A model generated the notes under the pieces. It did not search any database, had not been told where the DNA came from, and saw only the letters and a list, made by a program, of their open reading frames with translations. From positions 1 through 35,469 of IMG/VR virus record IMGVR_UViG_3300016474_000374: a DNA stretch of 35,469 nucleotides, one strand, 5' to 3'. Both the position numbers and the translations under genes were made by a program. How positions within the stretch are numbered: position 1 is the first letter of the stretch; the number at the start of each line of letters is the position of its first letter. Below are positions 1 to 10,139 of this stretch, one piece after another. This stretch comes from a virus (lineage: Duplodnaviria > Caudoviricetes).

Positions 1-2
1 AT

Positions 3-950
3 ACCAGAGTTTGGGCTAATGTCCAGCCAGTTATTGATACTAAAGCAAATGTAGTAGATTTAACTACAAGCAATGTTGTTGAAGGCAATAATTTATATTA
101 TACCAATACTAGAGTAGCTGCTAATATTACTACAATTCTTACTAATGGCTTCTTGACAGATTCAAGATTCGGTAATGTATTCGCCGGTAATATAATGTTA
201 ACCGGTAGAATTATAGGTGATGGTTCAGGATTAGTAGGTGTAGCACCTAATTTATGGACTTATGGTGGTAATATTCTAGCAAGTAATATTGAAGTTACAG
301 GAAATGTAAGTGCTTCTAATGTTAATGTAGGTAATGTTTATGCTACTAGATATTATGGCGACGGTTCATATCTAACAGGTATTCAAACAAGTTTGGCTGT
401 AATAGCTAGAGTAGCAATTTTAGAATCAAATATTGTTCTTAAGGCGAATTTAGTTGATCTAAATACATCTAATGTGGTTGAGGGCAATAATTTATATTAT
501 ACGAATACGAGAGTTCATGCTAATATTGCTCCATTATTAACCACTGCTAATGTCAGCGAAGTAACTAATTTATACTTTACTAATACAAGAGCTAGAGCGG
601 CTATAAGTGCAGGCAACAATGTTAGTATAGATAATAATGGTGTTATTAGTGCTAATTTACTTGTATCAAGTAATGTTAATCTTGATGTAGCTAATGTTAC
701 AGTAACAGGTAGAATAGTTGCAAATAATATCGTAAGTTCTGGTACAGGTGTGCCGACCTTAGAGTCCTCATCTAGTATTAATTTAAGCGCTAATAATGCA
801 GTGGTTATAACCAGATCAGTATTGAGAATGGCTAGTTTTACTAATGGTGAAATAGCTAATTTGGCAGCAATGCCTGGTGATATAGTTTTCAATTCTTCAA
901 ATAATAAATTCCAAGGGTATGTTTCTAATAGTTGGGTGGATCTACACTAA
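3..950 (+). CDS. Tail fibre/virion structural protein, 5'-truncated by window
   Basis: Frame is open from position 3. Asn/Val/Thr-rich, with repeats KANxVDLxTSNVVEGNNLYYTNTRV, YYGDGSYLTGI motifs and a C-terminal GDIVFNSSNNKFQGY...W motif typical of T4-like fibre proteins. Confidence 0.7.
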   Translation, partial: TRVWANVQPVIDTKANVVDLTTSNVVEGNNLYYTNTRVAANITTILTNGFLTDSRFGNVFAGNIMLTGRIIGDGSGLVGVAPNLWTYGGNILASNIEVTGNVSASNVNVGNVYATRYYGDGSYLTGIQTSLAVIARVAILESNIVLKANLVDLNTSNVVEGNNLYYTNTRVHANIAPLLTTANVSEVTNLYFTNTRARAAISAGNNVSIDNNGVISANLLVSSNVNLDVANVTVTGRIVANNIVSSGTGVPTLESSSSINLSANNAVVITRSVLRMASFTNGEIANLAAMPGDIVFNSSNNKFQGYVSNSWVDLH

Positions 951-2599
951 TGGAAAGTTCTGAACCACTCATGGCTGCTCCTCCTACAGAGCAAAAAGAA
1001 TTCGCAGTAGTAATAAAAGATGCTGCAGATTTTGACGAGATCCATGAAAAAATCATCACAGATTACGGTGATGATTCTATACCTAATAGACAAATAGAAA
1101 TAGCTAATTATAGACCTGGAAGTGAAAGAATTACTCATTATATGTTGACTGAGGAAGAAGCGGCTCAACTTAGAACAAATCCAAAAATTCAATCAGTAGA
1201 AGTACCTCCCCATTTAAATCCAAGATTAAAGTTTACTTCGTTACTTAAGCAAGATGCTACTTTTACTAAAACAAGTACAATAATACAAAGTGATGTAAAC
1301 TGGGGATTATTACGATGCACAAAAACTACTGATACATGGGGTTCAGGAGTTGCCAATTCCATTGGGTCATATAATTATACTCTGACAGGCAAAGGAGTAG
1401 ATGTAGTTATATTAGATGGAGGAATCACTCCAAACCATCCAGAATGGACTGATTCTAATGGCGTTAGTAGATTACAACAGATAGATTGGTACACTGCATC
1501 TGGATTGGCCGGGACACAATCAGCTAATCATTACTTAGACTATGATGGACATGGTTCTCATGTGACAAGCATAGCTGCAGGCAGAACACAGGGTTGGGCA
1601 AGAAATTCTAGAATTTACTTTGTTAAAAATTCTGGTCTAGCCGGTTCAGAGGGCGGAGGAATATCAGGGTCTGATATGTTTGATGTTATTAGGCTTTGGC
1701 ACAATAATAAACCAGTAGATCCAAATACAGGTTACAAAAGACCTACTGTAGTAAATATGAGTTTTGGTATTGTCGCTACTGAATATAGTGCCAGTTTGCC
1801 TTCAGTAATAAATTATAGAGGCACTAATTACAATAGAGGAACTGATTATACTACATTAGATCAGATGAAAAATAATTATGGCTGGATGGGATTTTTAAGT
1901 GGCGGTTACTATTACCATCCTTACTGGTCCTCAACCTATGAGGCTGAAGTCCAAGACATGGTTAATGCTGGTATACATGTAGTAGTAGCAGCCGGTAACT
2001 ATAATTTAAAAATAGATGTTCCAGGTGGAGATGATTATAATAACTATTGGGGCGGATATGCAGATAGTTATTACCATAGAGGATCTGCTCCTGGTACCAG
2101 ATATGCAGTTGTTGTTGGAAACATTTCTACGTCATATAATTCTTCTTTAGAAACAAGATCCTCATCTAGTGAATCGGGACCAGGTGTTCATGTATATGCG
2201 CCGGGCACTTATATTATGGGTGTGTCCTCTAAAGATAATGCTGGCACAAATAAAATTGTAACGGATTATTCATTAACTACAGTACCCTCAGTTCTTGATT
2301 CAAATTATAATATGATGAAAATAACTGGTACTTCTATGGCTGCTCCTCAGGTTGTAGGTATCTTGGCATGTTTATTAGAATTAAATCCTGGTCTGACTCC
2401 TGCTCAAGCAAAAGCATGGTTGATAAATAAATCTTTGAAGAACATGATTTATGATACTGGTGGAGCTACTAGTTATAATAGTTCTACTTCTTTGACTGGC
2501 GGAAACAACAATTTCCTATTTAATCCTTTTAACAACAGTGATGATGGTAAAATTCAAAATGGTCTAACTATATTGAATGGAACCCTTAGATTAGTGTAA
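950..2599 (+). CDS. Subtilisin-like serine protease (peptidase S8)
   Basis: Catalytic triad motifs VDVVILDGG (D), DGHGSHV (H), TGTSMAAPQV (S) and oxyanion AAGN. Start taken at the TAATG overlap at 950. Confidence 0.92.
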   Translation: MESSEPLMAAPPTEQKEFAVVIKDAADFDEIHEKIITDYGDDSIPNRQIEIANYRPGSERITHYMLTEEEAAQLRTNPKIQSVEVPPHLNPRLKFTSLLKQDATFTKTSTIIQSDVNWGLLRCTKTTDTWGSGVANSIGSYNYTLTGKGVDVVILDGGITPNHPEWTDSNGVSRLQQIDWYTASGLAGTQSANHYLDYDGHGSHVTSIAAGRTQGWARNSRIYFVKNSGLAGSEGGGISGSDMFDVIRLWHNNKPVDPNTGYKRPTVVNMSFGIVATEYSASLPSVINYRGTNYNRGTDYTTLDQMKNNYGWMGFLSGGYYYHPYWSSTYEAEVQDMVNAGIHVVVAAGNYNLKIDVPGGDDYNNYWGGYADSYYHRGSAPGTRYAVVVGNISTSYNSSLETRSSSSESGPGVHVYAPGTYIMGVSSKDNAGTNKIVTDYSLTTVPSVLDSNYNMMKITGTSMAAPQVVGILACLLELNPGLTPAQAKAWLINKSLKNMIYDTGGATSYNSSTSLTGGNNNFLFNPFNNSDDGKIQNGLTILNGTLRLV

Positions 2600-2988
2600 T
2601 GGTATTTGATTTGAACGAAGATAATTTTGTATTATATGCTATGAAGCACTATGATAATCCTAGTTGCAAAGGCATGAATGAATTTTTAGATGATCTTAAA
2701 AGATTTAAATATCTCAAAAGGTTGTTAAAAAAATATAATCAAACTAAAGATTTAAAAGAAAGACTTATTCTTAATCACATTATAGTAATTTGTAACGTGT
2801 TTGGAGTTGATGCTGCTACTAAAATGATGTTTTTTAAGATTGAGGAAAAATACTGGTCTCAGTTAAAAACATTTTTGGTATTTCTTAACTATATGCCGTT
2901 AAAGATAATAATATCTAAGGGTTTAGAAATCAAAGAAAATGATATTGATATAGACGAAAAAATTTTGGATACTTTAAAGAAAATTTAA
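2599..2988 (+). CDS. Conserved T4-like phage hypothetical protein
   Basis: 129 aa with motif YAMKHYDNP...DDLKRFKYLKRL...ERLILNHII, recognised from T4-like phages. TAATG coupling at both ends. Confidence 0.7.
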   Translation: MVFDLNEDNFVLYAMKHYDNPSCKGMNEFLDDLKRFKYLKRLLKKYNQTKDLKERLILNHIIVICNVFGVDAATKMMFFKIEEKYWSQLKTFLVFLNYMPLKIIISKGLEIKENDIDIDEKILDTLKKI

Positions 2989-3545
2989 TGGGAAGATTTG
3001 TAGATTCACTAATAGCTTATAGAATACTTTACTTGTTAGTCACACCCTTTGAAAAGACACCTGCTTTTAAACTAGGGATTATAGACAAAACGGGTAAGGA
3101 ATTAATACCAATGTCCCAACTCAATACAGTTGAGGAAAGAGATGCTTATACTTTACTTCATAGATTAGTTTATAGATTAAAAAAGATTATAGAAAAAGTT
3201 CCTATCGCAAATAAACAATTATTATCATTGGCTGCAGCTTATTCACTTATCAAAGAATGTGTTGATAAAAATATAGAACCTGTGGATTTGGAAAATAGAT
3301 ATCTTAAAAAATTAAACGAAGATATATCTAATGAACTGGCTTTAGTAGAACAACATTTGTCAGAAAAGAAATTATTTACCTTCAAGCAATTTGCTGAAGA
3401 GGGTGAGGGTGGAGGCAATGGAACCCCTACTACATCTGTTCCAACAAATAATATAGCACAAGATCCTGAAGCTATAGAAAAACCAGAAGGATTTCCTCTA
3501 TTTGGCAAACGCAGAAGAGTTTTAAGGAGAAAAAAGTATGTTTAG
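2988..3545 (+). CDS. Conserved T4-like phage hypothetical protein (possibly head-associated)
   Basis: LLVTPFEKTPAFKLGIIDK motif and an internal FTFKQFAEE segment resembling prohead-protease-processed sequences. Confidence 0.6.
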   Translation: MGRFVDSLIAYRILYLLVTPFEKTPAFKLGIIDKTGKELIPMSQLNTVEERDAYTLLHRLVYRLKKIIEKVPIANKQLLSLAAAYSLIKECVDKNIEPVDLENRYLKKLNEDISNELALVEQHLSEKKLFTFKQFAEEGEGGGNGTPTTSVPTNNIAQDPEAIEKPEGFPLFGKRRRVLRRKKYV

Positions 3546-3822
3546 TTGGTTAAGAAATATTTTCGTGTCCAAAGATGATACTGTAAAAGATAAACTAGAT
3601 GTTAATAACGATGGTAAAATTAACATGGCAGATGCTGTAGAAGCAGTTAAAAAAGTCGAAGCAAAGGTGGAGGAAGTAGCCGCTCCTGTAGTTGAAAAGA
3701 TTACTAAAACTGCAGATGTGAATAAAGATGGAAAAGTAGATAAAGAAGATGTAAAGGCTGCTGCTACTAAAGTTAAAGCTACCGTCAAATCAAAGGCGGT
3801 AAAAGCTAAAGCCAAAAAATGA
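3538..3822 (+). CDS. Small protein with two EF-hand/dockerin-like loops and a Lys/Ala tail
   Basis: DVNNDGKINMAD and DVNKDGKVDKED fit DxNxDGxI/V; C-terminus KAAATKVKATVKSKAVKAKAKK. Confidence 0.7.
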   Translation: MFSWLRNIFVSKDDTVKDKLDVNNDGKINMADAVEAVKKVEAKVEEVAAPVVEKITKTADVNKDGKVDKEDVKAAATKVKATVKSKAVKAKAKK

Positions 3823-4136
3823 GCACCGTGGAGCTTGAAGTTGCTAGAATAGCCGTGTTAGAAACCAAAGTAGAAACTATCAAAGAGGATATCGTTGAGA
3901 TAAAAAACGATATCAAGATTGTCCATACTCGTGTTGATAACACTGCAGAAGAGCTAAAGGTCCAGCTTGATAAAATGTATGACGCGTCTTGTGCTCAGCA
4001 TAGTCAATTGGCTCAAGAAATAAAAGCTTTAAAGCAATTCAAATCCCAGTGGTCATATCTCATTTTGGGCGGTGTGGCAGTTCTTGGCTGGGTATCTGGT
4101 CATCTAGATTTTTTCAATAAACTTTTCGGTAATTGA
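3819..4136 (+). CDS. Coiled-coil protein with a C-terminal transmembrane helix (holin-like candidate)
   Basis: Heptad-rich N-terminus followed by hydrophobic WSYLILGGVAVLGWV. Function is inference. Confidence 0.5.
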   Translation: MSTVELEVARIAVLETKVETIKEDIVEIKNDIKIVHTRVDNTAEELKVQLDKMYDASCAQHSQLAQEIKALKQFKSQWSYLILGGVAVLGWVSGHLDFFNKLFGN

Positions 4137-4161
4137 TTCTTTATTCTAAGTATAATATAAT
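4133..4161 (+). promoter_or_regulatory. Sigma70-type promoter for the primase operon
   Basis: TTGATT(4133)-17 bp-TATAAT(4156), with a GAGGA SD before ATG 4182. Confidence 0.6.
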
Positions 4162-4181
4162 AGTCTAATGCGAGGACTATT

Positions 4182-5201
4182 ATGTTATACATTGATTTAA
4201 AATATCTCAAGCTGATTAGCAATCGGCTTCCCCTGTTTAAACAAAAAAGCGATCACGTCTATACTTGTAGATGCGTCATCTGCGGAGATTCAAAAAAGAA
4301 GGTTACCAAAACACGAGGACATTTTTACGTCATCAAGAATAGTTTACTGTACAAATGTTTTAATTGTGATGTAAGTATGCAGTTTGGTTCTTTTCTAAAA
4401 GACCAAGATCGTTTATTATATGACCAATATGTATTAGAAAGATATTCTGCTGGGTTACCATTTAACAAACCGCATCAAAATGCTGAAAGTGTTTTCAAAA
4501 CAGTTGCTCCTGTTTTCGAGAAAAAAGAAGAAAATTTACTAGATAAAATTTTAGATAGACTTGATACATTACCGGAAGATCATGAAGCCATTTTATTTTG
4601 CAATAAAAGAAAAATTCCTCAATCATCGTTTAAGAGATTATACTTTGTTGATGACATTAGAAAGATTGAACAACTATCAGACAAGTACAAGGACAAACTT
4701 AAAACATCCGAACCAAGATTGGTTATACCATTTATTGATTCGGACGGTAAATTATTAGGAGTTACCTGTAGAGGGTTGAGAAACGAAGAATTAAGATATA
4801 TTACTATAAAAGTAAATGAAACGAAACCTTTTGTATTTGGTTTAGATCATGTTGATAAGAATAAAGCAGTATTTGCAGTTGAAGGTCCTCTCGATAGTTT
4901 ATTTGTTAAAAATTCTATTGCCGTAGGCGGGACAACATTTAGTAAATTAAATGACCTTGGTATATCTAGAGATAAATTGATAGTTGTATTTGACAATCAG
5001 CCAAGGAATAAAGATGTTGTTAAATTAGTAAATAAGGCTATAGAAAATGATCTTAAAGTTGTAATCTGGCCTCAAAATTTAGCTGAAAAAGATATTAATG
5101 ATATGGTGCTTTCAGGCAAAAATATTGATAAATTATTAAAGGACAATGTTTTTAGTGGATTGGAAGCAAAAATGAACTTTGTAGCATGGAAAAGAGTATG
5201 A
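4182..5201 (+). CDS. DNA primase, T4 gp61-like
   Basis: Zn-binding CVICGDS...CFNC, TOPRIM motifs VEGPLDS, VFDNQPRN and KDINDM. Confidence 0.93.
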   Translation: MLYIDLKYLKLISNRLPLFKQKSDHVYTCRCVICGDSKKKVTKTRGHFYVIKNSLLYKCFNCDVSMQFGSFLKDQDRLLYDQYVLERYSAGLPFNKPHQNAESVFKTVAPVFEKKEENLLDKILDRLDTLPEDHEAILFCNKRKIPQSSFKRLYFVDDIRKIEQLSDKYKDKLKTSEPRLVIPFIDSDGKLLGVTCRGLRNEELRYITIKVNETKPFVFGLDHVDKNKAVFAVEGPLDSLFVKNSIAVGGTTFSKLNDLGISRDKLIVVFDNQPRNKDVVKLVNKAIENDLKVVIWPQNLAEKDINDMVLSGKNIDKLLKDNVFSGLEAKMNFVAWKRV

Positions 5202-5896
5202 AAATAAAATTAATTAGTTATTCGCAAGCATCAAAGGAGATGTTAGAAACATATGAACAACATCTTATTCCCAACATACAAGATCTCGTTGCCTATTGCG
5301 CCCGAGTCTCGAACCCAAGTAATCAATCCAATACTGAAACCTCGGACAGATTACTCAGATATCTTATTAAGAACAAACACTGGTCTCCCTTCGAAATGGT
5401 CAGTGCCTGCCTTGAAGTCGAAACAACAAGAGATATTGCAAGACAAATCCTCAGACACAGAAGCTTTAGTTTCCAGGAGTTCAGCCAAAGATATGCTGAC
5501 CCAGTTAAAGAACTCTCATTTACTATTAGAGACGCTAGGTTGCAAGACTCCACTAACAGACAAAATTCTACAGAACTTGACTTCAGGCGAGAAGAACACC
5601 GAGAACTTGCAGAAGTTTGGAGAGAAAAACAGTGGGCAGTAATTAAAGCAGCTAGAGATGCTTATGAGTGGGCAATCTGGAATGGTATTGCTAAGGAACA
5701 AGCCAGAGCAGTATTACCTGAAGGGTTAACTATCTCGAAATTATATATAAACGGTACCCTTAGAAGTTGGATTCACTACATAGAATTGAGATCTGCTAAC
5801 GGAACACAAAGAGAACATATGGATATTGCGCTTGCATGCGCTGACGTAATATCTAAAGTATTTCCAATGATTACAGAATTTAAAGGTGTTGAATGA
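5198..5896 (+). CDS. thyX: FAD-dependent thymidylate synthase
   Basis: HWSPFE, RQILRHRSFSFQEFSQRY, AKEQARAVLP. Start at the ATGA overlap. Confidence 0.96.
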   Translation: MKIKLISYSQASKEMLETYEQHLIPNIQDLVAYCARVSNPSNQSNTETSDRLLRYLIKNKHWSPFEMVSACLEVETTRDIARQILRHRSFSFQEFSQRYADPVKELSFTIRDARLQDSTNRQNSTELDFRREEHRELAEVWREKQWAVIKAARDAYEWAIWNGIAKEQARAVLPEGLTISKLYINGTLRSWIHYIELRSANGTQREHMDIALACADVISKVFPMITEFKGVE

Positions 5897-6273
5897 ATAC
5901 TAGATTAGATGTTGCAACATTTATGCGAGCCGGTGAACAAAACGTAGAAACAAAAAATGCAGGGTTTTATCCTGGTAGGCTTTCTCAAGCAGATTTATAT
6001 TTTGAGTTAGTAGAAGAAGAATTTACAGAGTTGAAAGAAGCAGTTATCAAAAAAGATATTGTAGAAACTGCTGATGCATGTGCAGATCTTATTTGGGTTG
6101 TTGAGGGTTTGATGTACAGTCTTGGTATTGACCCTCAAACAGTATGGGATGAAGTTGCCAAATCAAACAATTCTAAAACTGTCGATGGTAAGTTAGTAAA
6201 GAGAGACGACGGTAAGGTATTAAAGCCAGAGACATTTAGACCACCTAATATTCAAAGAGCACTGGGGTTATAA
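5893..6273 (+). CDS. MazG-like/all-alpha NTP pyrophosphohydrolase
   Basis: EEEFTE...ETADACADL...SNNSK...RDDGKVLKP pattern. Confidence 0.85.
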   Translation: MNTRLDVATFMRAGEQNVETKNAGFYPGRLSQADLYFELVEEEFTELKEAVIKKDIVETADACADLIWVVEGLMYSLGIDPQTVWDEVAKSNNSKTVDGKLVKRDDGKVLKPETFRPPNIQRALGL

Positions 6274-6828
6274 ATGACAGTATTCACCTTTCTAATAGAA
6301 TTTATACCAGATTTGGTATGGGTTTTATTATTCTTTGTTGGCGTCACATTAATGATTGCTGGGCAATTTTTGCGCGGCATTCCAATGGTTATGCAATATC
6401 GTTTGCCAATCATGTTTGTTGGATTTTTCTCTTTAATGATAAGTACATGGGCATTGGGAGCTGCAGCTAACGAATCTAAATGGCAAGCTAGACTCAAAGA
6501 AGTTGAAGAACAGGTGAAAGAACAAGAAGCTAAAGCTGCAGAACTTAATGACAAACTGGAAAAAGAAGTTGCTGAGAAAAAAGAATTAGCTGAGAAAAAG
6601 AACAGAGTTATTGTTAACGAAATAGTAAAATGGCAAACTAAAGAGGTTCTGAAAGAAGTTAAGGTTGAGGGGCCTGAAAGAGTCCGAGTAGAGGAAGTTA
6701 TTAAGTATATCGAGAACTGCCCTATTCCTAAAGAAATGTTGGATATACATAATAAAGCTGCAGCATCGGTATTAGATAAAATGAAAAAAGATGAACCAAA
6801 AGTGGAAAATAAGGGAGAAAAGAAATGA
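6274..6828 (+). CDS. Membrane-anchored coiled-coil protein, i-spanin (Rz-like) candidate
   Basis: Two N-terminal hydrophobic segments, a long coiled coil and a CPIP...HNKAA motif, directly followed by a lipoprotein gene. Confidence 0.6.
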   Translation: MTVFTFLIEFIPDLVWVLLFFVGVTLMIAGQFLRGIPMVMQYRLPIMFVGFFSLMISTWALGAAANESKWQARLKEVEEQVKEQEAKAAELNDKLEKEVAEKKELAEKKNRVIVNEIVKWQTKEVLKEVKVEGPERVRVEEVIKYIENCPIPKEMLDIHNKAAASVLDKMKKDEPKVENKGEKK

Positions 6829-7109
6829 GATTAATAATGGCTTTTCTTCTTGCTGTTGGTTTATCTAGTTGTGCAATGATAGAACGATACATGCCAGCTA
6901 AACCTAAGTTTCCTGATCCTATTAAAGAACTTACGTTGCCTTGTCCCGATCTAAATCAGATAGAAGGGAATCAAGTTGCTATCACAGAATTGCTTAAAGC
7001 AGTAGTAAATAATTATACATTATACTATGAATGTTCTTTGAAGAATGAGGGCTGGAATAAGTGGTACAAAGAACAAAGAGAAATCTATGAGAGAGGTGGT
7101 AAGAAATGA
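6825..7109 (+). CDS. Lipoprotein, o-spanin (Rz1-like) candidate
   Basis: Lipobox LSSC, Pro-rich KPKFPDP...PCPDL and NY..YYEC motif. Confidence 0.65.
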   Translation: MRLIMAFLLAVGLSSCAMIERYMPAKPKFPDPIKELTLPCPDLNQIEGNQVAITELLKAVVNNYTLYYECSLKNEGWNKWYKEQREIYERGGKK

Positions 7110-7366
7110 AGGCTATAATTATAATAGCCGCTGCATTAGCATTGGCTGGATGTGCATCAACAAGTAAGGAACAACTATACTATGAAACAGCTAAGTCTAT
7201 ATCGAAGGACAGTACTATGGCACAAACTGCTTGTTTTGCGGCTGTCACTGAAATTGCTAAGGGTGGGGATCAGGGTGCTAAGGTGGGTGCTATCACACTC
7301 GCAGATAAATGCAAAAACGAAACAATGAGAATTGAACCTCCAAAGAAAAATTGGCTCGGGTTGTGA
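7106..7366 (+). CDS. Lipoprotein of unknown function
   Basis: Signal peptide with perfect lipobox LAGC. Confidence 0.75.
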   Translation: MKAIIIIAAALALAGCASTSKEQLYYETAKSISKDSTMAQTACFAAVTEIAKGGDQGAKVGAITLADKCKNETMRIEPPKKNWLGL

Positions 7367-7393
7367 TCTAAAAAAACAATAAGGTAGAAGTAA

Positions 7394-9190
7394 ATGGCAG
7401 ATACGATACATGGTATTAGGGTAGACTATTCTCGGGATAAACTGTTTGATGAGCTAGGCATCAAAAGACTTAAAGAAAGTTACATGAAAGATGATGAAAA
7501 ATCTCCTCAAGAAAGATTCGCTTTTGTATCAAAAGCATTTGGATCTAATCCAGGTCATAGTCAGCGTCTTTATGATTATAGTAGCAAGCATTGGCTCAGT
7601 TATAGTACTCCAATACTCTCGTTTGGAAGAAGTAAACGTGGTCTTCCAATCAGTTGCTTTTTGCCTTATTTGGATGATAGTGCTGAAGGTTTGGTTGATA
7701 CTTTATCGGAAGTTAATTGGCTGTCAATGCTCGGGGGAGGTGTAGGAATTGGAATTGGTATTCGTTCAGCGGATGATAAAAGTGTTGGAGTCATGCCCCA
7801 TCTTCGCACATATGACGCATCATCTCTCGCTTACAGACAAGGTAGGACTCGTCGTGGTTCTTATGCTGCATACCTTGATATTTCTCATCCTGATATTCTA
7901 ATGTTTTTGGACATGCGTAAGCCTACCGGCGATCCAAACATGCGAGCACTTAATCTTCATCATGGTATTAATATCACTGATGATTTTATGCACATCATCG
8001 AACGATGCATGATCGATCCAGCAGCTGACGACACCTGGGAACTAAAAGATCCACATGATGGAACAGTAAGAGAAAAGATTTCTGCCAGAGAACTGTGGCA
8101 ACGTATTCTTGAACTTAGAATGCAAACCGGAGAACCCTACATTCACTTTATTGATACAAGTAATAAAGCTATGCCTGAGTTTCAAAAGAAACTTGGATTG
8201 AAGATTAGACAAAGCAATTTGTGCTCAGAAATTATTTTACCTACTGATAAAGAAAGAACAGCAGTCTGTTGTCTATCTTCAGTGAATCTGGAGTATTTTG
8301 ATGATTGGAAAAATGACAAACTTTTTCTTCGGGACGTTGCGGAGATGCTTGATAACGTTCTTCAGTATTTCATTGATAATTCTTCTGATAGCATATCGAG
8401 AGCAAAATATTCTGCTAGCCGTGAACGGTCTATTGGTGTTGGTGCTCTCGGCTTTCATGCTTACTTACAACGCAATGGTATACCTTTTGAATCCGCCCTT
8501 GCAGTAAGTAAAAACAAACAAATGTTCAAACATATTCGTGAAGGATTAGATCATGCAAATATCAAACTCGGAAAAGAAAGAGGGGAAGCGCCTGATGCTA
8601 TTGGCACTGGCAAACGTTTCAGTCATATGCTTGCTATTGCTCCCAATGCCTCAAGTTCTATTATCATGGGTAACACTAGTCCCAGCATTGAGCCTTATCG
8701 TGCTAATGCTTATAGACAGGATACTTTATCAGGAGCCTACTTGAATAAGAATAAGTGGTTAGATAAAATTATTATGGAGAAATGTAATGCCGATTCTAAA
8801 TTGGACTATAACGAAATCTGGTCAAGTATCATCGCCAATGATGGCAGCGTTCAACATCTTGAATTCTTGTCAGACTGGGAACGCGATGTATTTAAGACGT
8901 CGATGGAAATCGACCAGAGATGGATTGTACAGCATGCCTCTGATCGCCAGTCCTATATTGACCAAGCGCAAAGTGTTAATCTCTTTTTCAGACCAGACTC
9001 AAACATCAAATACATTCACGCGGTACACTTTATGGCGTGGAAGCAAGGACTCAAGACACTTTATTACTGCCGCAGCGAGAAGATTTCGAAAGCTGATAAA
9101 GTCTCTAGAAAAATCGAAAGGCAAGTGATTGAGGAATTAGATATGAAAGCATTAGCAACCGAAGATATTTGCATTTCATGTGAAGGTTAA
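7394..9190 (+). CDS. nrdA: Ribonucleotide reductase class I alpha subunit (short, no obvious ATP cone)
   Basis: PISCF, SNLCSEI, AIAPNASSS, KTLYY and C-terminal CISCEG. Confidence 0.96.
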   Translation: MADTIHGIRVDYSRDKLFDELGIKRLKESYMKDDEKSPQERFAFVSKAFGSNPGHSQRLYDYSSKHWLSYSTPILSFGRSKRGLPISCFLPYLDDSAEGLVDTLSEVNWLSMLGGGVGIGIGIRSADDKSVGVMPHLRTYDASSLAYRQGRTRRGSYAAYLDISHPDILMFLDMRKPTGDPNMRALNLHHGINITDDFMHIIERCMIDPAADDTWELKDPHDGTVREKISARELWQRILELRMQTGEPYIHFIDTSNKAMPEFQKKLGLKIRQSNLCSEIILPTDKERTAVCCLSSVNLEYFDDWKNDKLFLRDVAEMLDNVLQYFIDNSSDSISRAKYSASRERSIGVGALGFHAYLQRNGIPFESALAVSKNKQMFKHIREGLDHANIKLGKERGEAPDAIGTGKRFSHMLAIAPNASSSIIMGNTSPSIEPYRANAYRQDTLSGAYLNKNKWLDKIIMEKCNADSKLDYNEIWSSIIANDGSVQHLEFLSDWERDVFKTSMEIDQRWIVQHASDRQSYIDQAQSVNLFFRPDSNIKYIHAVHFMAWKQGLKTLYYCRSEKISKADKVSRKIERQVIEELDMKALATEDICISCEG

Positions 9191-9211
9191 TAACAATTAT
9201 AAAGGACAAAT

Positions 9212-10132
9212 ATGCCAATTACAACACAAATCATTATAGAAGATACAGCAGTCAATACAACATATCAAGATGTTACTGGTACCACTGCGGGTGGTGGCAC
9301 TGGTGCGAAATTTGATGTAGTTAAGACTGATGGTAAATACGCCGTAACATTAGATACAGCAACAGCAAGCTCTGGTTCAGGATATGTTGCAGGCGATACA
9401 ATTACCATCCCTGGTACAAGTTTAGGTGGCCTAGCTCCAGATCATAATTTGATTGTAACTGTAGGGACAGTAGGTTCAGGTGGAAAAATTGCTACTTTCG
9501 GTGCAGTGGGTTCGGGTAGAGTAGGCGATGGAGAAATAGATTTAATTATTAAAACGACCGGTACTTCCTCAAATCATGATGTTTTTTCTTTAGATGCAGA
9601 TTTAGATGATTTAATCATAACTATTAATGATGGAGTAGTATCAATATCTCATTCTGATTTAGATAACGTAGTATTGTCTATGACAGACATTGAACGTTTA
9701 GTTGGAAATAATAAAGAAGGTAAAGCGTTTGATGTTGATGGTAGAGCAGGTGAGGTTTATACATTACTTGCTGCAGCATTAGGTCAAAATGATATTACCC
9801 CAGCATTAATGGGTAGATATTTGTTTATGTCTGATTTAGGAATGAGCGATACACAAATTGCTAATTCAATACTTGCCTCAAAAGAATATGCAGAAGATGC
9901 TCTAGGCACAAGTAATGAAACTTTTGTTAAACAAGTTTGGGTTAATGTCTCCGGAAGTCTTCCATCTTTAGAACAACTTCAGATTTTCACAAAAGTATTA
10001 GATGATAAAGTCTTTACTAAAGCTGAATTATTAGAGGCTGCCTCTAATTTAGATTTATTTAGAGATCAAAATCATCTTAATATGGATGCCATTACTTTGA
10101 CTGGCATTGATTATATTGCTCCATTGGGTTGA
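9212..10132 (+). CDS. Surface-protein-like protein with DUF4214-like C-terminal domain
   Basis: Gly/Thr-rich N-terminus. DIERL...AFDVDGRAGEVY...IANSILASKEY...SNETFVKQVWVNV resembles proteobacterial DUF4214/S-layer-associated proteins. Confidence 0.6.
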   Translation: MPITTQIIIEDTAVNTTYQDVTGTTAGGGTGAKFDVVKTDGKYAVTLDTATASSGSGYVAGDTITIPGTSLGGLAPDHNLIVTVGTVGSGGKIATFGAVGSGRVGDGEIDLIIKTTGTSSNHDVFSLDADLDDLIITINDGVVSISHSDLDNVVLSMTDIERLVGNNKEGKAFDVDGRAGEVYTLLAAALGQNDITPALMGRYLFMSDLGMSDTQIANSILASKEYAEDALGTSNETFVKQVWVNVSGSLPSLEQLQIFTKVLDDKVFTKAELLEAASNLDLFRDQNHLNMDAITLTGIDYIAPLG

Positions 10133-10139
10133 GGTTTGT

